64,000 nucleotides of DNA from Podarcis vaucheri (lineage: Eukaryota). This document shows, piece after piece, positions 26,699 through 40,040 of the stretch; position 1 is the stretch's first letter; each line of letters opens with the position of its first letter. The position numbers and the translations under genes were made by a program. The notes beneath the pieces were generated by a model. The model was not told where the DNA came from. It did no database searches and worked only from the letters and a program-made list of their open reading frames with translations. The stretch lies in the NCBI GenBank assembly GCA_965113315.1, contig OZ220370.1. One strand, written 5' to 3'.

Positions 26699-28133
26699 TA
26701 CTTGAATCTTGCTAACAGAAACTTCCACTGCTGCTATATCACAGGAAAGCCAAATACCAACTGTAAGAGATTATCATACTAGCAATATTATTTATTCTCT
26801 AGTCATTTGTGGTCTGTAACTGGGCCTGCAGGCAGTAATTTTACTGTACTGGAAGTCAACATGTAAGTAAAATTATCAATGATAAACCATATGCACTGGG
26901 AGAGGATATGCTCTCCGACAAGTGAATACAAAGAGTATTAATGGTAACTTAGTTCTGTTGGCCATATATAGGTCCGTTCTCAGATTACTGGTTGAGAGCT
27001 GAGCACATTATGCCAAAAGAATGCTACTCAAACACAACACAATGAATATAATTTACAACTTCTAGTAATAAACTGCTTTACTGCTTTGTCATGTAATAAT
27101 CACTTACAACAAGATTTTGCCATAGTGGTATAACCACCATTAAGTATCCACTTAAGCAGAAGGCTTACGTGAAGTTCACTTCTCTTAGCAAAATAGACCG
27201 AGAAAACTAACTTTACCAGAGAAAAACAATAGCCTGCTCTACATACATGCATTAGAGGTCACACACTCTCAGGAAATAAAGTCATCAATTTCTGAAAGTA
27301 AATATTCCATTTGGCTGATGTAATTTATCAAATGTTTACAACCAAGTAAATAAAATGATCACAGCAAATAAAATTGCAGAGCAAAAGTGCACAGGGTAGT
27401 GATCAGACAGCAGAATTTTAAAACAGCTGGACTAGTAATTAATTTTAAAACAGAAGAAGTGATTAAAGTTCATCAAAAGGGGGGAGCATGTCAATGCTGA
27501 GAAACCTTTATCCGTGGAAAAGAAATTTAAAACCTAGGTAAAGCTCATCTCAAACACTCAAATCAGACTCTCAGGCTGTGTCTAGGTGGAAGTTTTCCAA
27601 TGCCTGTGGCACTAAACAGAAAATGAATATCTAAGGAAGACGTACTAGTGCATGCTTTATTGCTACAATTTCTGATCTGGCCTGTACCCCTTGGATTGAT
27701 CCTGCTAATCTTTTTGCATCAGAAGGAATCTCCACGTGGCTTGCAGCAGTAAGGCACACCAATTCAGGGCATCTTTTAAATGTTTGGGTTTGGAAGCACC
27801 CACAGAATCCTTTCTACCACAACACAGTGAAATACATTTTTAAAAAACCGAAATGCACAGGAAAACATACTGTTACATGGTCTGTTCTTCCACTAGGCAT
27901 GAGCTATTCCAGAGGACATTGATAACAGATTTAGTTTGAATGAGAGAGCATTGGGGGAATTAGGCTGTCTTTGTAATGTCTGGGGGGCCCTCCAAGCTGG
28001 TTTTGTTTGGCTTGTTTGTTTGGTGTGTTTGTGTGTGTAATCTGCCATATCATCAGTGCATTACATGTAGATTTATACTGGACCATCCACACATCTTTCC
28101 ATTTCATTAGTGTTTCTGTAATGCTTCTGTAAT

Positions 28134-28498
28134 GGGACGCGGGTGGCGCTGTGGGCTAAAGCCTCAGCGCCTAGGGCTTGCCGATCGAAAGGTCGGCGGT
28201 TTGAATCCCCGTGGCGGGGTGCGCTCCCGCTGCTCGGTCCCAGCGCCTGCCAACCTAGCAGTTCGAAAGCACCCCCGGGTGCAAGTAGATAAATAGGTAC
28301 CGCTTACCAGCGGGAAGGTAAACGGCGTTCCGTGTGCGGCTCTGGCTCGCCAGATGCAGCTTTGTCACGCTGGCCACGTGACCCGGAAGTGTCTCCGGAC
28401 AGCGCTGGCCCTCGGCCAATAGATGTGAGATGGGCGCACAAACCCCAGAGTCTGTCAAGACTGGCCCGTTCGGGCAGGGGTACCTTTACCTTTACCTT
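28134..28498 (+). mobile_element. Full-length Sauria SINE
   Basis: Starts GGGACGCGGGTGGCGCTGTGG with a B-box-like ggtttgaatccc and ends in three TACCTT/ACCTTT units. CpG-rich, so probably young. TSD taatgcttctgtaat (28119-28133) / taatgcttccgcaat (28499-28513). Confidence 0.93.
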
Positions 28499-31178
28499 TA
28501 ATGCTTCCGCAATGTTACCACATTATTGCTGTTTGGAGGGACACACCTGCACTACAGTGCAACAAAAGGAGGAGAAAAACAAACAAACAAACATGTTACA
28601 TTTGTAACAGGATTTCAGCAGAAAGCTATGGGACACGCACTGGTTGGAAATGAAGAACTATGTCTGTCCTGTAACGTTTGCAGGCGCAATATTGAAAGCA
28701 AGGTCGTGTATAGCCATCCCAATATCATCATGCACACAAGTCATTATGAAAGAGAAAGATGCCCAGAGGGGCCCTAATTTATTTGCAATATGCAAGCATA
28801 CCACTGTAAGATCAACTCTTTACTCGACTGATGGTGACAAAATGACTTTAATTGGAACAAACTCTACCACACACATATAGGACATGGGAAAAGCCCACCA
28901 GAAATCTCTCTTCAAATGCCTCAGGGCCCATATCAAGAGCTCCTGAGCTTTTTGTAAAACCTAGACTGGAACAGCTCCTGACTCTGGTGAACTGGAATGT
29001 ACAAAACACAGACAGGGTTCCCTTTACATTACAACCATAAATGGAAGCAAGGAACAGAGTATCTGCCACTCTGCACTAGACCGATCCTGAACTCCAAGAC
29101 TATGCTTCATCTTCAACCAACACACACCATTTACTTCATCTGTCGTTGTCTCCTCAAAGCTACCAGTTTCTAGCGTCCCCTTGTTCCGATTCTCAGCTAT
29201 TGACTACAGCACTCCACCGGCTTCGGGGTTAGCCTTCAGGCCTCATAGCTGGTTATCTAACTTGCTCTTGCACAGACTTCTTCAGGCTTACTTTAAGGTT
29301 TTCTACAAACTTCTTCTGAAGCTTTTCTAGAGTATTGTGAGGAATCAATTAGTGCCCTGTCACTTTTGATCCAGTGGATACCATGGCTTTTGATCCAGTG
29401 GACGCCTCTGCTAATAAAAAGGGAGGGAAGGGCGTTTTTGCCAGTTCTCCTTTCCCCCTCCATATCTCCATGCCACCTTCAACCCTGTTCTGGAAGGTTC
29501 CTCAATTCAGTTTTTAGGGGGTACTGGCAACTGCACAGGGGAGGGAAAATCTCCAAAAGCTGTCTGCTTTCCCCTTCTGTGAGCTGAAGCAGAAGCCCTT
29601 CAGGGAGAACAAGATCACCAACTGGTTTCCACCATCTGCTACTATTTCTTACATTCAATCACATCAGTTCTCATTTTCTCTCAAGGGAACACAATCTCAC
29701 TTTTCACACCAGTGTCACATACTCCCCACTTACCCAAGAGGTTTGAAATTCTAGGGGGACAGCACCACCAGATTGAAATACTTCTCCTTCCTGAGTTCTC
29801 ATAGTGCTTTATTAAAGCTATCTATCCTAACGAATATCGCCATACCTTTTGAACGTATTTCCTCTTTCAGAGTAGCCTGCCTCAAATGGTTGTTGGAAAG
29901 ATGAAATGAGATAACTAAGGAATTCACGTACGGACTCACCAAATGAAAATATTGTAATTGTGTCTTCTCTTGCTTGATCTTATGCTACATATTATTTTAG
30001 AGGTGTGTTTTTTTCATTATTTCCTTTTGTCTACATGCAAATGATTTCCTTTTCTGTCATAATTTACCAATTTTAATAAAAACACAGGGATAACTCTGTG
30101 TATGCTGCCTTGACTTCTCTCGTGGAACAAATTTGATAAATGAACAAAACGGAAAACAAACGTTTTTCTGTTTGCCCAACGTTGCAGCGGAATTAGTTAC
30201 TCTCACATGACAAACAAAGTTTACACATGTCCAATCTCAAATAGCTGCAGAAAGCTTATACAGAATCATCAGCTATAGTTCAACCCTTTCTTGTATTTTC
30301 CTCCTCCCCTTCCTTTCCTACCCAATCTCTGGAGAGAGCTTTGGTCATCCAGAATAGAAACTCATCTCCTTTGTCTGGCATTCCATCTCAAAAATAGTAT
30401 GCCCCATCTGTTACATAAAACACTACTTTCAGGCTGAAAAAAATATTCAGAATGCTTTGGAAATTAGTTCTGTACTCTCAAAACAAATAAAAACAAAACA
30501 GATAAAGATGTACAGAGACCTGTTTTGTAAGCTCTGTGATTTCTGTGTTGAAAGACATGCATTTGATAGCAGACAATTCCCAACTCTGGTAGAATTAAAA
30601 AGTCGAAAACCAAGAAGGTTGAGCATTGGGCTGAGTGACTGCAACTGGGTTGGAAGAACAAGTTTCAGCTCCTCGCTGAACAAAAATATGGTGAAGAAGA
30701 GAAAGTAGAGAAAAAGGAATATCAGCTAGTTCAGTAGAAGCAAACAGTGCCCTCCATATATTGTTAGACCACAACTTGCTTGATCTCCAACCACTTGGCC
30801 ATGCTGGATTGGCCTGATAGGATTCATAGCTCAGCAACACCTGGCAGGCACAATGACTACTCTTTTTTTAAAACAACAATATTTTATTGTTGGGTTTTTT
30901 TAAAATTAATATGGAATGACAATGCCCACACCCAACAGTACTGCCTCCCCACCCCTACCCTCCAAACAGAGGTTCCTTGTGGGAAAACACTGTTCCAAAG
31001 TGTGAGGTGTGAGCCTGGTGGCTCCTGAGTGAGATGAATCAGATACAAGAGGGAATGATGGAACATGGCTCTTATTAATTTTTATTATATTGATATAGGC
31101 TATTTGGGGATCTTATCTTTCTTTCAACTCCTTACTACCCTTTAGCTTTGAGCCCTTGAGGACAGGGATTAATATCAG

Positions 31179-31315
31179 CAGTGCGATTTTTCTAGAAAAA
31201 TAGGTGCTGCAACTCACCATGAACTTCTCCCTTATTTTCTTAGAATGGCAATGGCGCTCACGTGACAAGAGCTGGAGCTGAGATCCAGTGAGCTCCAGCT
31301 GAAAAGAAAGCCTTG
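31179..31315. mobile_element. hAT-type MITE
   Basis: Imperfect TIRs CAGTGCGATTTTTC ... GAAAAGAAAGCCTTG; 8-bp flanks aatatcag / agtattag (6/8 match). Confidence 0.65.
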
Positions 31316-32572
31316 AGTATTAGCCATATCATTGAAACCTGACCTACTGTGATCAAGTAGTCTATAAGTCACTCATATAGATATATAGACCAAACTCCAA
31401 GCATTATAGAGGTTTGCCTTCAGTGTATTCAGGAATAAACATTATATGCCTTGCTGGTGCTAACCACCCCAAGTCCAAGACTACAAAAGAGAATTGCTAG
31501 CCAGATGAAGCAGTGTTGTGGTTTTCAATGCTTTGAAAGAAAGAAAAAATGAAAACAAAAGCCTTCCTCCTTCAAGCAGCAAAATGACAACCAGGAGCCG
31601 AGAGCCAAGAAAAAGTTGAAGGGGCTTATAGCAAAAAATAATAAAAATAAAAATACCTCAAGCGGAAATTCTGTGTCACAAACTACAAACCGAGCAGCAT
31701 CAAATCCATGGTTGCCAACCACCCTTTCATTACTCTTGGGAGTTATATCACACCTGTGACTTCCTCTGCAGTAGAGTTGGAGTGGGAGACCCTGAGACTT
31801 CAGGGCACATCCATAGCATCTTTTCAACAAAGGAAGTACGCTTGCACAAACTAGCTCTCACCACATCAGTGGGGAAAGTGGAAAAGCAAAACACACTTTT
31901 GCAAGCACCCAAAACTCCTACACACAGTACAGATTGTCACTAGCTTGTCAAGTTAGATTCTGCTCAGCTGAAAACATAATGACCTAGGCAACTGCAGCAA
32001 GCTTCTGAATACTAGTTACTGGGGAGGGTGATGTTGCAGTCAGGTCCTTCTTGTGAGCTTCCCACTGGAATCTCATTAGACACTGAGAAAACAGAATACT
32101 GGACCAGATAATCCATGGTCTTGTTACCACAAGGCTAAACTTTTCTGCCTACCTAGTTGTCTCATCAATCACACTTATCAAAAATATGGATAGACCACCA
32201 GCAAAGCCTGAAAAATATAAAATTATATTTTCATAGCAAAGACTAGTAATCTCAATGTCTGGTGAAGCTTTCTAGTTCACTGTGGAAAGTGATCACCAGG
32301 CCATGCCTTATCATGGGTCCATCATTTATTTGTATGCATGGCACTAGCTTCAACACATGTGCTGTAGATTTTAACTGATCCTTGTTTTATGTAAAGGCTC
32401 TAATTACTTTATTCTTCTTACTTTCCATATTTATGCTATGTTTGGTTTTATAAACCTATGTGAAAATAGTATAATAATAATAATTTAAAATTGGTAATTG
32501 TTTTAAAGAAGCATAAGGGTTTTATCACCAGTACAACTTTGCATCAGTTTCCTCAAAAGTGTGTATAGTTCC

Positions 32573-33009
32573 TGTAATAGGTATGAGTTACTCGTGCGTA
32601 AGCTGGTGCCTTTCTCGGTTAATTTTGCCTTGTTAAACCTTTCTGACTGCACAGCCCCATCTCATCATGGCTGCCTCAGTCACTGGCAGAATCCATCAGT
32701 GGGCATTTCTTGAACCTCTTCCAACATAAAAGTTGTTTGACACCCAGTCTCCTCCTCCTCTCACTGCGCGGGAGTCTTCTGCGCAGGGAAGGCGTGGGTA
32801 GCGGAAGACCTGGGCTCTCCTCACTGATGTCCAGTGAAGAGTCCTGGAGCCCTCTCTCCAATTCCCCCGTCTGCCCCCCTTTATCCCTGGTGTTGCGCTG
32901 ATTGGCTTCCCCCTCTACTGAGCTGTTTCTCTCCCTGCTGCTGGGTCCTTCGCCAGCATCATCTGGGAGCCTCCCCTTCGCCTCTCCCTTCGATGTCAGT
33001 TCCCTGACA
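32573..33009. mobile_element. Solo LTR (437 bp), probably Gypsy-type
   Basis: Begins TGTAA and ends TGACA (TG...CA). Perfect 5-bp TSD GTTCC at 32568-32572 and 33010-33014. GC-rich block within AT-rich DNA. Confidence 0.8.
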
Positions 33010-34160
33010 GTTCCCAAATGTGTTGTGTGGGCTCTTTAAATCCGTATTTCCTACTTCAGCAGAGGCGAGCAAATTGTGTTACACCTACAGCACACATTTA
33101 AAGCACATTTAAAACAATTTAATAGTCATGGTTTCCCCACACAGAATCCTACGAACTGTAGTTTACCCCCCACAAAGCTACAATTCCCAGGACTCTTAAC
33201 AAAATGAAGTCTGAATTTCGGGAGAAGGAAATAATTCCCCTGTCCACAATGCCTTTTGCCCTGGCTGGACCGAGCCAGCAGGTTTTAAGTAATGACAGTT
33301 TCTGTGTAAGAGAATCTACCATCACCACCTTTGGAATGATCTGCCTATATGCAGTCAGCTGAAGCTACGAACCAAAAAGAGAAAAAAATTGTCAAGGCTG
33401 CTGAGCCCTTGTCCTGCTTAGCACTCTTGATCAAGACAGAGTGCATCTACTGAAAGCAGTGTTGTAACCAGTAGAATCACTGCAGTAGTGTTTTGGCAAG
33501 AACTCTCAGGAGCATGTCACAGGTCAGAGTTTTACTGCTGATTTATCTGATACACAGAGCTGCACATAATGCTTCAAGTTCAAGCAATTTCAAGAAGCAT
33601 ATTTTTAGTTTAGTTCAGTTTAATTTATATGTCACTTTTCCATGGTGAACCGTGCCCAAAACAACTCAAAATAAATACGGTGTCACAAATGCACAGTACA
33701 CATGGTTAAAAGCTTCTCTCCCTTTTCTTCTATGAAGCTTCTTGACAACTCAGAGAAGTTCTTTCTTCAACAGCCGGGGGAGGGGGGGCGAGGGGTGTAC
33801 AAAATTATTGTTGTGGATAGATGCCATTTCTTATTAACTAGAACGTACAGGATGTGAACTTTTCTGACATTGGTCTAAATTCTTACATTGAAGGATCATT
33901 TAAACACAGCTTTGCCCTCCTTGCTGAAGCCATCTGCAAATCAATTCTCTTCAAATGCTGTCCGGAATCCTCTGCATCAAACCCTGTATAATATTTCCAG
34001 GGTAGGCTGGGTTGTTTAGATTTTCAAAAGCAGTTACACTCTCTTGAGGCTTTCGTTTTATTTATTTTTCCGTATTTTGGAGGATGTCAGCAGTTGACCA
34101 GGCAGACACAAAATTGCGTACAGATTGCAATATAAAGAAGTGGTGATGACTGCCTTTCAA

Positions 34161-34372
34161 AGAATCATAGAACTGCAGATCTGGAAGGAACCCCAAGGGT
34201 CATCTAGCTCAACCCTCTGCAATGCTGGAATCTCATCTAAATCATACATGGCAGACGGCCACATAATCTCTGCTTAAAAACCTCCAACGAAAAGAGTCCA
34301 TCCCCTCCCAAGGGAGACCGTTCCACTGTCGAACAGCTCCTACTGTCAGAAAGTTCTTCCTGATGCTTAGTC
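34161..34372 (-). mobile_element. CR1 LINE 3' end
   Basis: agaatcatagaa...ggaaggaaccccaagggtcatctag...ttccactgtcgaacagctcctactgtcagaaagttcttcctgatg is the antisense CR1 ORF2 end plus 3' UTR. Confidence 0.88.
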
Positions 34373-34409
34373 AGTAGAAAGCACTGTACCACACATACTT
34401 CTGTTTTAA

Positions 34410-34530
34410 ATCACTATCCTTCGACCTCAGTGCTCCTTCTGCAAAACAGGAATGTTAAAGATCTACCTCACAATTTGTTACGAGGACAGATGATATAAAA
34501 GATTGTGAAGCACTTTGTATACTAATAGCA
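34410..34530 (+). mobile_element. MIR core/tail fragment
   Basis: cctcagtgctccttctgcaaaacaggaat...ctacctcaca...tgtgaagcactttg. Confidence 0.55.
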
Positions 34531-36700
34531 GGGCATTAGTATATCGGGATACTAACAAGCAGTAGTTGAGCAGAATGTGAACGCTTCAAAAATGAGCACT
34601 GTGTGGTGCTGTCACTAGAATCATCTGCTTACAAAGCCCGAGTATGGCTTGCACAATAGTTTTTCTCTTTCTTATATTTATCCTCTCAAGATAACATTAG
34701 CAAGCTGACTGCAGGAGACACACATGGACACACTGCAATCTTAAGTATGTTTACCCAGTAGAAAGTTCCACGTAGCTCAATGAAATTTATTGCCAGTAAG
34801 TGTGTTTAGGATCGCAGCCATGGTAATCTAATTTTCATTAATAGAATATGGCTTCCCCAATGATAAACATTTGTGTCAATGCAATGTTTAAAGTCCCTGG
34901 AAACTGAAACGTAAGAGCAAAATTTCTGCTGGAATAGTAGGGAGGTTCTACCATCCTAAGAATTTGTATCTTAGAAGATGACCATGTCTCCCTTTTGTCG
35001 CTGTCTTCAAAATGAACACTTCTTAGAAAGGAAAGGGATAATAGGGAAAACAACGTTCTATGCTGAAAAGATATAACTAGCTATTTTGGGAGGAAAACAG
35101 AAGGTATTGTCTAGTATGTAGTGCACACAAACTCCTTTTTCACCACTTCATTTTGTACTACAACTATAGTTAAGCCTTACAATATGTCATACATGATGGG
35201 TGAAATGGAGGACATTGTTTCTTTTAATTTTGCATGCATGGTAATGCATTTAACCACTAAGGTCATACCTGCATGCGATGACTGACAACTTTTCAGCTTG
35301 ATTCAAAGCAAACAGCTGCTAGTTTAATTGCCTAGCAACTAAAAATTGATAGATGACCCTTAAGATGGATAACTACCATAAATCACCTCATTCAGACACC
35401 CAGGGAAAAAAATTAAAAAACAATGGCTTTCATGACATTTGCTGCATTCTGTAATGTGCCGTGATAAATTTGGCTACCTTATGGAGGCACAGTTGTGCCT
35501 GCTGAAATTAGACAGTTTTCTGCATTCTATACTTCTTGCAGCTTTGTGCCTACTCTGCAAGGTGTGTTCATATTAATATACTCCACTGCCAGAAAAAAAG
35601 AAGAATACCAGAAGCTGCTGTCAGTCACCATGAGGCAGGGAGAATCTGTATTCTATCTCGGCATTGCCAAACAGCTTTTAATCAGGAAACAGCAGTCTTA
35701 TATCATAACTGAGGCACAAGCCTACATGCATTAATAATGGTTACAATAAATTTAGTGTAATGACTTGACCCCTGGTCGACATTACAGATGTTGTGATAAA
35801 TATGAATATAATGAACTGCTTCCTGTTTGTAAACATGTTGCATGCTTCCAGGTCGGGAGAAAAATAACCCTCATGCAAATTCAACCACGTTTATAGGTCT
35901 GGAATGGGCTGACAACCCAAACCACAACTCCATTTAATTTTAAGCCAAAGTATTAGGATTTGAGCCAATTTATTTGTACTAAATAGGACTAATCTTGATC
36001 CTAAAAATATGTGCTTGGAATTCTCTTCAACATCTATGGAACTGACTTCAAATCAAGGAGTATGTCTAAGACCAGGCTGCACCCTAAACACACTTACTGA
36101 GGCTGTGGTCATTGTCAGAACTATTACATCTGGTGGCAGTGAAAAAGCCTAGTGGCTATTTTACCCAAGCTGGTTGTGTGCACCTGTCACCATGTGCTGA
36201 ACTCAGCCTTTGGCAACATGCCACCACAACCAGATTGCCATTTCCCCTGTAATTGCCATAGGTGGACACAATTATGAGCATATTAAATTCAATGCTATTA
36301 TTTCCAAAATGTATTAAATACTGGAGCATATAGGCTAAAATCAAATAACATTGGCTTAAGTGAGTTGTAGATCATGCTATCTGTGGGTTCCCTATCAGAG
36401 AAAGTGTCTAAATTAGTTTAGATGCCAACCCCTCATCGTAACTGCATTGTGAAGTAGGCTATAAACTGCTCAGAATGCAGACTTGTATCCCTGAAATTAT
36501 AATGTCAAACACCAGAGAGGAACATTAGTTGCCAAAAATATCTAAATGCAAGATCACACTTCTGCAAGTAAATCAACATTTGGAAAAGGAAATTCCCCTT
36601 ATTGTTGCAGATAATGGATTTTCTTCGTTTGTTATAAACAGAACTGATAAGCATTCTAAAACAGATGTTCATAATTGTTTTTATTTTTGTTGCTGATTTT

Positions 36701-36898
36701 AATTCTGCTTCCACAAAACTTTCATTAATGTTTTATATTATTTCTCTCTCTTTTAACTTTGAGTTTAATACCAAGCTTACACCTTGTTTTGTTTTTCAGG
36801 TTAGAAAAAAGTTAATTCTGCTTGCACAAAACTTTCATTAATGTTTTATATTCTTCCTCTTAAAACCAAACTTACACCTTGTTTTTAGGGTTAAAAAG
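36701..36898. repeat. Imperfect local tandem duplication, period about 113 bp
   Basis: aattctgctt(c/g)cacaaaactttcattaatgttttatatt at 36701 and 36814, each followed by cttacaccttgtttt. Confidence 0.9.
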
Positions 36899-38789
36899 GA
36901 GATATCCCAATGCCTATTACGGCCTGTATATGCTGAAGTGTTGGGTTTTCCAGTCATTTATTATGGATAGGATCATTCCTATCCTGAATTTTTGGTCCTA
37001 AAAAAGTTACTCACTCAAAGCAGCCACCAAAACGTATTAAGAACATCAAATCATCAAAACAGTAAACTGTAAAATGGAACTAATTCAACAGCAGCAGACG
37101 AGTCAAAAACGTAGCTTACGGTTATTATTTAGAAAGACTACTCACTAATAGATGTCTGCCTACAACTAGAAACTGATCTCTACAAACTGGAGAATGAAAT
37201 CTGTGGAACATGATGAGACACCCTCCAGTTACCTCATGCCCATTTGATTTCCTATGTAAAAAAATTATCTGCTCAAAACCAAATCTGGAAGGCCTCATAA
37301 TGAACCCAACAGTAGCCATTTTTGTGAAGCATAAAAACCATCCAGAGCAATCAGTAGAGCAAGCCTCTCCTGGGTCCATAGCATCACATTATCAAGATCC
37401 TCTAATGCTTTCATTTTCAGAAATCATTCTTTACCCCATCATCTGTACTCATACCATACATGCTATTCTTTGGTTCACCAGATAACTCATATTCTAGCAT
37501 TTAGCTAAATATTTACAGAAAGGTTAAATTAGTTTTAAGCACAAACAACATTACAAAATTTAAAACGACTGCATTTTGAAATATAAATTACATTGTTACG
37601 AACTTAATGAAAGTTCTAGAACAACGAGCTGGCAACAACACTCTAAGCAGAACTACATCATCGTGCTTTATGCATCGTTGCAAGCTTCACCTGAAAAAGT
37701 GAGGAAGTACTTCCAAGACCAGCATATATGTAATACAAGCCATGCCTTAGCCATGGTTATAGGATTGACTGCAGGTGGTAGACTATATGCCCTTTCCCCC
37801 AGGTCCTCCCCTCTCAAGCATGGATTTCCCCACCCTTTCCCCACAGCGCTTAACCATAGTTCACCATCCAAGGTCATTAACTGCAGCTAATGCAAACATT
37901 CCCACCTAACATTTGAAACTCTGCTTTGAAGCAGGTTACCAATTCCAAATTAGGAACTATGGCTAACTTCTATATGGATGTACCAGCAAATTATGGTTTG
38001 GAATGATGAGAATTTGCAGTGAATAGGAAAGGAGGCTGGGAAGCAAGGATATGATCCTAACGCCCTGCCATGATTAAGTATCAACCAATATAATGTACAA
38101 ACACCACAAATTGCTATCAACTTAAAATTACACACAGATCAGACCTCTCTCTTTTTTTCTTTTTCTTTTTTGCAGTAATACCATATGGGCATACAGCAAT
38201 AAGAATGATTTACTATACGTTGCAAAAAATCTCAATAAAATTAGGTTATTTTTTTAAAAAAACCTTCATTTTGCCACATTTTATGTATCAAAAGATGTAC
38301 TGCCATGCTGGACAACTGAGTGTCGATAGTTGGTTCATATCAATAGGACTCTTCAAGCAACGTGCAACTGTATGATTTAGACTCCATTTGATATAGAAAG
38401 CTTTCACAATATGACACACTGGTTATATTTAATGCTACCAGAATTTCATGATATCTCATACAGAATACAGCTAGGCTGCAGCACTTCAGCAGCCATGTGA
38501 CTAAAGGCCCAAGCAAACAAAAGCATTGAGTGCACCTCATTTAATGTCTCTTATGATGATATATTTAAGCTAGGATTAATTGCATACATGTAAAATTCAT
38601 ATTCAATCACTCTATTTGTGTCTCAGCTGTAAGCCTTTGATGTTTCTATGAAGGATCCACAAAAGGAGACAAGAAGGCATGCTGGCCCTTTAAAACTGAA
38701 ATGCTTGTTTCCTTTCTGTAAGAAAAGTAAATCATGCTGTAGTGAGTGGAGCTTTGAAAAAGCATCCATCCATTAAAGTTCATGGATCC

Positions 38790-38961
38790 NNNNNNNNNNN
38801 NNNNNNNNNNNNNNNNNNNNNNNNNNNNNNNNNNNNNNNNNNNNNNNNNNNNNNNNNNNNNNNNNNNNNNNNNNNNNNNNNNNNNNNNNNNNNNNNNNNN
38901 NNNNNNNNNNNNNNNNNNNNNNNNNNNNNNNNNNNNNNNNNNNNNNNNNNNNNNNNNNNNN
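38790..38961. other. N-run, 172 nt
   Basis: Directly visible. Confidence 0.99.
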
Positions 38962-39983
38962 GGAAACGTGACTGTTTTCCCGACCTCCTAACAGTGGGGG
39001 AAGGAAACTCTGAGTGATGGCTGTCAGCTCACATCTGGCTGCAAAAATAAATTAGCCTTATGTAGACAAATGAAAGGACCAGCCCTGACTAGAAAACAGC
39101 CACTCCTGAGCAATGGCTAATTTATAGGGTTCCTTTCTAGAAAGTTCCTCGCTGAGGCTACAGTCCCCTTAGCTATCTCTTTAAATGATATCTGATGCTG
39201 TAAATAATTTTACTGTGATAGCAGCAGCTATGCATAATGTTTTTAAAGGGGTCTGTGTGAGTGAGAAAACAATAACTGTTCTCTCATACGAAATAAAAAC
39301 GAGACAGTTGGGGAAAACTTTTGTTTCAGCTAAAAATTTGTTTATATTCTGGCAGTCTAATCTATGGTTAAAAGAAAATAATCACATTTGAGCCGTTAAT
39401 CTTAATGGCCTTATAATAGTGCTGAATGACAAGGTTAAAAAATAAATAAACAGCTGAGTGTAAAACTATTTTAGTTGCAGTTGCTTTTCTTCTTTGTAAG
39501 TGAAGCACTTTTTACGGAGAATTCTGTAAACTAAGTCACCTTATTTGTTCAGGTGTTGTATGAGTCATACACGCTACACAGAAAAGAAACCCCTTAGGTT
39601 ACCTGTTCAGGTACTTTATATTGAAGTACTTAATATTCAAAACCAAGCAAAAAGCTTAGCAGAGACAAAATCTGAACGACGACAAAATGCATGAAAATGC
39701 ATAGGGAAGGTTATTCTGTGCATAGGGAAGGTTATATCACAGCAACATTACAATCCTATGCATGTTTCCTGAGTGGGTAGTCCTACGTTGAACAATGGGG
39801 CTTACTCTGCAGTAAGTGTGTTTAAGAGAGGAGGCTGAAACACTTCGGAAATTGTTAGGTCTCTTTTTCCTTGTAACGAGAAAACTTAGTATTTTACTTC
39901 TTGTACAGTAGTGCCCCACACATAGATGACTTAAATGCAGCTAAACTTTGCAAGAATATACCATCACTAATTGTGTCCCCCAC

Positions 39984-39984
<1 letters not shown>

Positions 39985-40039
<55 letters not shown>
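39985..40039. repeat. (AAAG)n microsatellite
   Basis: Directly visible. Confidence 0.95.

Positions 40040-40040
<1 letters not shown>

Noticed and set aside
32676-33017. 113-aa charged ORF as a host gene exon
   Set aside because: Lies almost entirely within the TG...CA element bounded by a TSD; no recognisable protein.
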